A stretch of 32,000 nt of DNA from Alistipes onderdonkii (GTDB lineage Bacteria; Bacteroidota; Bacteroidia; Bacteroidales; Rikenellaceae). The stretch is from positions 809,645-841,644 of the forward strand of contig NZ_CP102251.1 of the NCBI RefSeq assembly GCF_025145285.1, in the 5' to 3' direction. Shown here one piece after another: positions 12,806 to 18,634 of the stretch; positions within the stretch are counted from its first letter, which is position 1; every line of letters starts with the position of its first letter. The notes under the pieces are model-generated. The model did no database searches, was not told where the DNA came from, and saw only the letters and a list, made by a program, of their open reading frames with translations. The translations under genes were made by a program, and so were the position numbers.

Positions 12806-13711
12806 CTACCCCTCCTTGATCGAAGCGATCAGCTGGGCGGGCGTCGCCTGCAGGTAATTCTTGCAGAAACGGCTGAACTGCGTATAGTGACGGAACCCGT
12901 ACTTATTCATCAGCGCCTTCGTACTGTCTTCGCCGTCGCGTATGTCCGCGAAAATCTTGAGTGCCTTCTGGCGCATCATCCAATGGTAAACGCTGTCATT
13001 GAAATGTTCGGCAAAACGACGTTTGAACACCGAAAGGCTCATGCCCGCAAGGGCAGCCAACTCGGCTACACCCTGTGCCTTGTCGTAGTTGTTGCACACG
13101 AAGACACGGAAATTGTCCTGCGGCTGAATCATCGACTGGAAGAAATAGGCATGTTCGGTCGGCGTATAAAGCACCTTGATCATCATGAAAAGCTCCGTAG
13201 CCTTCATCTTGTGGTAGCGGGAGCAACCGCTCATCTCCGGGATCATGAAAAGCCCTTCGAGCAACCGCTCGATCGACGGATGCATCGCCAGCTTGGGCAC
13301 GTCCTCATTGGGAATGACCGTATCATAGGGCATCACCTTGTCGAAAATGTCCTGTTCGCAGAATTCGATCCTGTGGATCAGCGACAGCACGACAATATTC
13401 GCCTCGTCCTGGGCCGTCGCAACGAACCTTTCGCCGCGTGCCAGGCACACGTACTGCCTCGAAGTCACCAGGCGCACCGTTTCGCCATGCTCTATCATGA
13501 GCGACCCCGACATGACGAAAAGGATACGCACCATACGGTCGGCTGGGAAGGTCACGCCCTCGCCGGGTGTGAGGGTCATCTGTACAAAACGGCAATAATT
13601 CGAATCGCCGATACGGCGGAACGGCGCAGGAAACGTGGGACAACTACTACAATCCGCAGGACAATTCTCCTTTAATGCCAGCTCCACAAACTGCGGTTTG
13701 GTCTGATCCAT
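12806..13711 (-). CDS. AraC family transcriptional regulator (cupin-like sensor domain plus C-terminal HTH) with an N-terminal CX3CX2C cluster
   Basis: 301 aa. The C-terminus, …AQGVAELAALAGMSLSVFKRRFAEHFNDSVYHWMMRQKALKIFADIRDGEDSTKALMNKYGFRHYTQFSRFCKNY…, is a typical AraC double HTH. The N-terminus contains C17-PAD-C21-SS-C24. Confidence 0.88.
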   Translation of the reverse strand: MDQTKPQFVELALKENCPADCSSCPTFPAPFRRIGDSNYCRFVQMTLTPGEGVTFPADRMVRILFVMSGSLMIEHGETVRLVTSRQYVCLARGERFVATAQDEANIVVLSLIHRIEFCEQDIFDKVMPYDTVIPNEDVPKLAMHPSIERLLEGLFMIPEMSGCSRYHKMKATELFMMIKVLYTPTEHAYFFQSMIQPQDNFRVFVCNNYDKAQGVAELAALAGMSLSVFKRRFAEHFNDSVYHWMMRQKALKIFADIRDGEDSTKALMNKYGFRHYTQFSRFCKNYLQATPAQLIASIKEG

Positions 13712-13735
13712 ATATTCGATGATAATTTAATTGTC

Positions 13736-13743
13736 CAAAGTTA
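13736..13743 (-). promoter_or_regulatory. -7 box TAACTTTG for the AraC gene
   Basis: Reverse complement of caaagtta; 25 nt upstream of the ATG at 13711. Confidence 0.45.
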
Positions 13744-14040
13744 CACAAAAAATCATAACCGACAAAAAACAAACACTTTCGTCCACCCTTTTTGCATACA
13801 AAAAAACATCCCGTTACCGTAAAATCCTCCTTCTGGGGCATAGGGCGCCGGGGCTTCTCGCCTTCAGAAAAGCGTGCAATGACCTATATAAAAGCATATT
13901 AACTCAAAAATCGCACTTTTCTAAGGCTGATATCCGGGTGGCCATAAACGGTCGTTCATCGCATTTTCACACAAAACAGTCCGAATTTCGGAAAAACCTC
14001 TGCCTCTATGCAGGAAAACCGGGCCCTCCCGACCGGAAGG

Positions 14041-14075
14041 AAAAAGGAGGCGCCACAATAAATTGCGACGCCTCC
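14041..14075 (-). terminator. Rho-independent terminator of the coiled-coil lipoprotein gene
   Basis: 7-bp GC-rich stem (14046-14052 pairs with 14069-14075) with extra internal pairs. On the minus strand it is followed by UUUUUCCUUCC. Confidence 0.55.
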
Positions 14076-14112
14076 CGGGCTTTGCATAGCCGGCAAACGC
14101 CGGCAGCAGCCA

Positions 14113-14976
14113 TTACTTATAGCTTATAATCAGTATTTTCGACGACTCCCAGAAACGTACGGGATCGGTAATGAGCAATTTAGTGACGATCTTATCCTTC
14201 TCGCCGCCGGTAACCAGCCGGTAGGAATCCTCGGGCTGCGCCGTGACGACGGTCACCTTTTTCCGACCCACGGGAATCTCCGACAGCAACCGCGAATCGG
14301 CCTTCGTAAAACTCTCCAGGTTACTGGTGTTGTTCACCGTCAGCGTTCGCCCGATAAAGCCCTGCTTGTCGATGATCTGCGCCTCGCGGAGTTCTTTTTC
14401 GGCACCGACGATGTAATAGACCGTGTGGAGCTGGTTCTCCAGCTCGACTTTTTCGGTATTCAGGGTTTCCGCCCGGGCATTCTGCTCGGCGACCTGCTCG
14501 GTCAGAGTCTCCACTTCGACACCCATCTTGTTCAGGCTCTCCCGCAGACGGGCGATTTCGTCCTTCTTCTCGGCAAGCTGCGCATTCATATCCCCGATCA
14601 TTTTCTCCAGTCCGTCGATACGCAGGTTAGCCTTGCGCAGCTGGGCCGCAGCACGCTGCAACGAGGCGATCTTGTCCTTGTTCTCCTGCAACAGGCGGTC
14701 GATCGCCGCAATATCGTTGTTGATCTCCTCGATGGGACGGCGGCCGCCTTCGCTACCGCCCGCCACAGAAATCAGGTTTTCACGGGTCTTTATCAGCATC
14801 AGGTTCTCAGAAATCGTATTGATGTCCTCGAAAACGGCATTTATCAGCGAATCTTTGGCGCTGACGACCGAAACGAGCGAGTCCCGCTGGTCTTCGACCC
14901 TGACGACCGTCCCTTTGCTCACGCAGGATGCGAGGGCGAATGCCGCACCCAGCGCCATGACCGTAACGTACTTCAT
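14113..14976 (-). CDS. Coiled-coil lipoprotein of unknown function
   Basis: 287 aa. Signal peptide plus lipobox MKYVTVMALGAAFALASC. The central ~150 aa is heptad-like and rich in E/K/L/Q/A (…LQENKDKIASLQRAAAQLRKANLRIDGLEKMIGDMNAQLAEKKDEIARLRESL…), followed by a globular C-terminal domain. I recognise no catalytic motif. Confidence 0.75.
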   Translation of the reverse strand: MKYVTVMALGAAFALASCVSKGTVVRVEDQRDSLVSVVSAKDSLINAVFEDINTISENLMLIKTRENLISVAGGSEGGRRPIEEINNDIAAIDRLLQENKDKIASLQRAAAQLRKANLRIDGLEKMIGDMNAQLAEKKDEIARLRESLNKMGVEVETLTEQVAEQNARAETLNTEKVELENQLHTVYYIVGAEKELREAQIIDKQGFIGRTLTVNNTSNLESFTKADSRLLSEIPVGRKKVTVVTAQPEDSYRLVTGGEKDKIVTKLLITDPVRFWESSKILIISYK

Positions 14977-15016
14977 AACTTTCTAAAATTTAAGTTATTG
15001 TTTGCTTTTCGGGAGG

Positions 15017-15024
15017 CAAATATA
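15017..15024 (-). promoter_or_regulatory. -7 box TATATTTG for the lipoprotein gene
   Basis: Reverse complement of caaatata; 41 nt upstream of the ATG at 14976. Confidence 0.45.
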
Positions 15025-15121
15025 AATATAAAAACGATACCCTGTTCAAAAATCTTCCCGGCACCCGGAAAATCAGCATTATCCGTGCCGGAGCATCCCG
15101 GCACAAAGGGCTCGGCAACGG

Positions 15122-15156
15122 CAAAAACAAAGGCCGCACCTTCCGGTACGGCCTTT
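15122..15156 (-). terminator. Rho-independent terminator of rpmE2
   Basis: Stem 15129-15136 pairs with 15149-15156, with an inner ACC/GGT stem and a UUCC loop. On the minus strand it is followed by GUUUUUGC. Confidence 0.6.
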
Positions 15157-15176
15157 ATCTTGCAGGGAGGGAAGTC

Positions 15177-15443
15177 TTACTTCGCGCCCTTCTTATCGTA
15201 GCGTTTTGCGTAACGGCTCATAAACTTATCGACGCGACCAGCGGTGTCAACCAACTTCATCTTACCGGTGTAGAACGGGTGCGAGGTGTTGGAAATTTCC
15301 ATCTTATACACGGGATAGGTTTCGCCGTTCACTTCGATGGTTTCTTTTGTCGAAACGGCGGACCGACACAAAAACACGACGTCGTTGGACATGTCCTTGA
15401 ACGCCACTAAACGATAATTCTCCGGATGAATACCCTTTTTCAT
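15177..15443 (-). CDS. rpmE2: 50S ribosomal protein L31, type B (lacks the CxxC zinc motif)
   Basis: 88 aa, MKKGIHPENYRLVAFKDMSNDVVFLCRSAVSTKETIEVNGETYPVYKMEISNTSHPFYTGKMKLVDTAGRVDKF…. Confidence 0.93.
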   Translation of the reverse strand: MKKGIHPENYRLVAFKDMSNDVVFLCRSAVSTKETIEVNGETYPVYKMEISNTSHPFYTGKMKLVDTAGRVDKFMSRYAKRYDKKGAK

Positions 15444-15480
15444 TTCGCTGTTTTTGTTTTTAATTGATGCTTAAGCGGGA

Positions 15481-15488
15481 CAAAGGTA
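15481..15488 (-). promoter_or_regulatory. -7 box TACCTTTG for rpmE2
   Basis: Reverse complement of caaaggta; 38 nt upstream of the ATG at 15443. Confidence 0.5.
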
Positions 15489-15639
15489 CTAATTTATTTC
15501 CAACAAACAACATCCCGCTCATATTTTTTTACGGGATCCGAGCAACCGGACACTGCCACCCGGCCGGAATCGGACACAGGGCGCATCATTTTTTTCGCAC
15601 ACGGCGCCCCGAATGGTTGCGCAATCTGAATTGTTTTTT

Positions 15640-15647
15640 TATCTTTG
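15640..15647 (+). promoter_or_regulatory. -7 box TATCTTTG for the tRNA(CAT) gene
   Basis: Matches TAnnTTTG; 30 nt upstream of the tRNA 5' end. Confidence 0.5.
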
Positions 15648-15676
15648 CAACGCAAAAAGCGCTCATGCGCCATGCA

Positions 15677-15750
15677 GGACCCATAGCTCAGTCGGTTAGA
15701 GCAGCGGACTCATAATCCGAAGGTCGTGGGATCATGCCCCTCTGGGTCCA
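15677..15750 (+). tRNA. tRNA with anticodon CAT; elongator Met or, more likely, lysidine-modified tRNA-Ile2
   Basis: GGACCCATAGCTCAGTCGGTTAGAGCAGCGGACTCATAATCCGAAGGTCGTGGGATCATGCCCCTCTGGGTCCA. Perfect 7-bp acceptor stem, anticodon loop CTCATAA, G1-C72 (so not an initiator). The T-arm is atypical (loop ATCATGC, U-U mismatch). Confidence 0.8.
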
Positions 15751-15754
15751 CGAC

Positions 15755-15800
15755 GAAGGCGGGAGGTTGCGAACATCGCAGCCTCCCGCCTTCGTTTGTT
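15755..15800 (+). terminator. Strong rho-independent terminator after tRNA(CAT)
   Basis: 17-bp stem (15755-15771 pairs with 15777-15793, with one U-G wobble valid only on the + strand), loop AACAU, followed by GUUUGUU. Confidence 0.8.
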
Positions 15801-15910
15801 CATCCGGCCGCATCGCTCTCTGCCGGCGCCGTATCGTCCCTCCCCGGCAAAAACTCCCGCACAGGGCGGTATGCGGAGCAGGGACATAGCTACCGCCCGG
15901 GCGGCGCGGG

Positions 15911-17570
15911 CTACCGGTTCTCGTCGTCGGCACGGATCGCCTTGCGGCGAATCTTACCGCTGATGGTCTTCGGTAGTTCGTCCACGAATTCGATGATGCG
16001 CGGATACTTGTAAGGCGCGGTGATCCGCTTCACATGATCCTGCAACTCCCGGATCAATTCCTCCCCGGCCCGCGGCCTGTATTTCTCCCCCAGAATGATC
16101 GTCGCCTTGACCACCTGCCCCCGGATCTCGTCGGGAACCCCAGTGATGGCACATTCGACGACGGCCGGATGGGTCATCAGGGCGCTCTCCACCTCGAAGG
16201 GGCCAATCCGGTAGCCCGAACTCTTGATTACGTCGTCGGCACGCCCCACGAACCAGAAATATCCGTCCTCGTCGCGCCATGCCACGTCGCCCGTATAGTA
16301 CACGCCGTCGTGCCAGACCTCGTGCGTCATCCCGTCGTTCAGGTAATACTCCTTGAAAAGCCCCAGCGGCTTCCCCCGGTCGGTACGGATCACGATTTGC
16401 CCCTGTTCGCCGTCCTCGGCCGAACGGCCGTCGGGCGTCAAGAGATCGATATCGTACTGGGGGTTGGGCACGCCCATGCTGCCGGGCTTGGGCTCCATCC
16501 ACGGAAAGGTGGCGAGGGTCAGCGTCGTTTCGGTCTGCCCGAAACCCTCCATCAGACGGACGCCGGTCAGGCGTTTGAACGAGTCGTAAACGGCACCGTT
16601 GAGCGCCTCGCCCGCGGTCGTACAGTACTCCAGCGACGAAAGGTCGTATTTCGAAAGGTCTTCGCGAATCAGGAAACGGTAGATCGTAGGCGGCGCACAC
16701 AGAGAGGTTATCCGGTACTGCCCGATCTTGCGCAGGATGTCGGCAGGCGTAAATTTCTCGTGGTCGTAAACGAAAATGTTGGCCCCGGCCAGCCATTGCC
16801 CGTACAACTTGCCCCAGGCGGCCTTCGCCCATCCGGTGTCGGCAATGGTGAGGTGCAGGCTGCCCTCGTGGAGGTTGTGCCAGAAGCACCCCGTGCTGAT
16901 ATGCCCCAGCGGATAGGTGAAATCGTGGGCGACCATCTTCGGTTCGCCCGTCGTGCCGGAGGTGAAATACATCAGCATGATGTCGTCGTTGGTGTTCACA
17001 TGCTGCGGCCGCACGAAAGGCGCTGCATGGCGGATGCCCTCGTGGAAATCGAGGAACCCTTCGGGAACCTCGGGGCCGACGCTTATCAGCAGCTTCGTGG
17101 TAGGGCTTTCCGGCATGGCCGCGGCGATATGGCCGGTTATCACCGGCTCGCCCGCGGCGACGATCGCCTTGATTCCGGCCATGTTGCAACGATAAACGAC
17201 ATCCTTCCTGGTCAGCAGGTGGGTCGCCGGGATGGCCACGGCTCCCAGTTTGTGCAAGGCAAGGATCGAAAACCAAAATTCATAGCGGCGCTTGAGGATC
17301 AGCATCACCATGTCCCCCCCGGCCGATGCCGAGGCTCTGGAAATAGGAGGCCGTGCGGTCGGTTTCACGCTTCATGTCGGCAAAGGAGAACTGGATCTCG
17401 CCGCCCCGGTCATCCGTCCACAGCAGCGCCTTCTTGTCGGGTTCCTCCGCCGCATAGGCATCCACCACGTCATAGGCGAAATTGAAATCCGCGGGGACGC
17501 GGATGCGGAAATTCCTTATGTAGTCTTCCTGGGAAGTAAATACCGTCCGGGATAAAAATTTCTCCACCAT
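15911..17570 (-). pseudogene. AMP-forming acyl-CoA synthetase/ligase (medium-chain, ACSM/MACS-like); reading frame broken by one extra G in a G7 run
   Basis: Track ORFs 17280..17570 (…FNFAYDVVDAYAAEEPDKKALLW…SLGIGRG) and 15911..17368 (…[32 protein letters not shown]…[13 protein letters not shown]…[20 protein letters not shown]…[10 protein letters not shown]) are the two halves of one enzyme. They overlap around the C7 run at 17314-17320. The total span is 1660 nt, which is 553 codons plus 1. Confidence 0.85.
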
Positions 17571-17574
17571 ATGC

Positions 17575-18165
17575 CTACATTATTATCGCCAGGAAACGCA
17601 CCGGCTTGCCGTCGAGCGCCTTCATGCCGTGCGGCAGGCCGGAATCGAAATAAAGGCTGTCGCCCACGCCGAGCACCAGCTCCTTGCCGCTGACCGAGAT
17701 CAGCAGGCGCCCTTCCAGCACGTAGTTCATCTCCTGCCCCTTGTGGCAGTTCAGGTGCATCGGGGCATCGGCAGCCGAAGGCTCCACCGTCACGATGAAG
17801 GGGTCGGCCCTGCGGTCGCGGAAACCCGAGGCCAGCGCCTCGTACTTATAGGCCGCACGCCGTTCGACCGATACACCCGTGCCGGCACGGGTGATGAAAT
17901 AGGAGTTCATCTTGGGCTCCTCGCCGAACATCAGCACATCCAGGCTGATCCCGTAGCGGCGGGCTATGGTTTGCAGCACATTGACCGAAATATCGGCATC
18001 GCCGCTCTCCATATCCCTGTACTCGTCGACCGACAGACGGCAACTGTCCGCCACTTCCTGCTCCGAAAGTTCGAGCACCTCGCGCAATCCGCGCAAACGG
18101 GTTGCGATCGATTTAATCGGATCACACATCATTCTATAATTTAAATTATCGGATAGGTTCGGCAT
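17575..18165 (-). CDS. XRE-family HTH transcriptional regulator with a C-terminal cupin domain
   Basis: N-terminal HTH (LRGLREVLELSEQEVADSCRLSVDEYRDMESGDADISVNVLQTIARRYGISLDVL) and cupin (HKGQEMNYVLEGRLLISVSGKELVLGVGDSLYFDSGLPHGM). The stop is 4 nt before the synthetase start. The track start 18171 is a TTG; the first ATG is at 18165, and Met-Met at 18129/18126 is an alternative. Confidence 0.85.
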   Translation of the reverse strand: MPNLSDNLNYRMMCDPIKSIATRLRGLREVLELSEQEVADSCRLSVDEYRDMESGDADISVNVLQTIARRYGISLDVLMFGEEPKMNSYFITRAGTGVSVERRAAYKYEALASGFRDRRADPFIVTVEPSAADAPMHLNCHKGQEMNYVLEGRLLISVSGKELVLGVGDSLYFDSGLPHGMKALDGKPVRFLAIIM

Positions 18166-18383
18166 TTGCAAAATTCCACGGCATAAAGTTACGATCCGTA
18201 ACCGAATCGCCCCACAGCCAGCTTCCCATGCCGGAAATTATCACCTAACAACCTGGGCGTAAAGATAGTAAATATTATTAAAAACTACAACCATCCCCCT
18301 TTTCTTTCATTGTCCGCCGGAAAAACGCCCCGTCCCGGCGAAATCCGCAGGCGGCGGTGATATAGCGCAGGCACGGCAGCACC

Positions 18384-18419
18384 GGAAGCACCAGCGGTAC
18401 GGGAAGCACCAGCGGTACG
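18384..18419. repeat. Exact tandem duplication of the 18-mer GGAAGCACCAGCGGTACG
   Basis: Copies at 18384-18401 and 18402-18419 are identical. Degenerate GG(C/A)AGCACCGG copies start near 18374 and 18437. Confidence 0.9.
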
Positions 18420-18469
18420 GAAACATCGGTGACACGGGAAGCACCGGCGGCACAACGGCTTACGGGGAA

Positions 18470-18557
18470 TGCGGGCATCTTGCGGGAAGTCTGCGGGACG
18501 TCTGCAGGAATAATGCAGGAATAATGCAGGAACCTTGCGGAGACTCTGCGGAGACAC
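18470..18557. repeat. Eight perfectly phased 11-bp direct repeats (TGCRG-N6)
   Basis: Units start at 18470, 18481, 18492, 18503, 18514, 18525, 18536 and 18547. They read tgcgggcatct, tgcgggaagtc, tgcgggacgtc, tgcaggaataa, tgcaggaataa, tgcaggaacct, tgcggagactc, tgcggagacac. Confidence 0.92.
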
Positions 18558-18577
18558 CCTGATGGCATCGCGGCGGC

Positions 18578-18613
18578 AAAACAAAAGGAGGGCCGTACTT
18601 GCGCAGTACGGCC
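18578..18613 (-). terminator. Rho-independent terminator of the GH78 gene; A-run and T-run on both sides make it potentially bidirectional
   Basis: Perfect 9-bp stem (18591-18599 pairs with 18605-18613) with a 5-nt loop. On the minus strand it is followed by CUUUUGUUUU. It lies 22 nt after the stop at 18635. Confidence 0.7.
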
Positions 18614-18634
18614 CCCTTTTCCAAACCGGATCGC

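Noticed and set aside
11969-13675. 568-aa + strand ORF covering the GNAT gene in another frame and the AraC gene antisense.
   Set aside because: Extreme Arg/Pro/His content and no motifs. Both overlapped genes have convincing domain signatures and their own promoter boxes.
13731-14129. 132-aa + strand ORF in the AraC-lipoprotein spacer.
   Set aside because: It begins inside the AraC promoter region, runs through the minus-strand terminator of the lipoprotein gene and overlaps that gene's stop. It has a low-complexity, basic composition and no motif.
15755-15793. Whether the 17-bp hairpin after tRNA(CAT) also terminates the convergent acyl-CoA synthetase gene.
   Set aside because: On the minus strand the hairpin is followed by GUCGUGG, not a U-run, and the wobble pair becomes a mismatch. 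I therefore call it unidirectional. I could not identify a terminator for the synthetase gene.
18370-18557. Possibility that the short direct repeats are a CRISPR array or a minisatellite inside a gene.
   Set aside because: The units are 11 and 18 bp and contiguous with no spacers, and there are no cas genes in the window. CRISPR repeats are far longer than these units and are separated by unique spacers.
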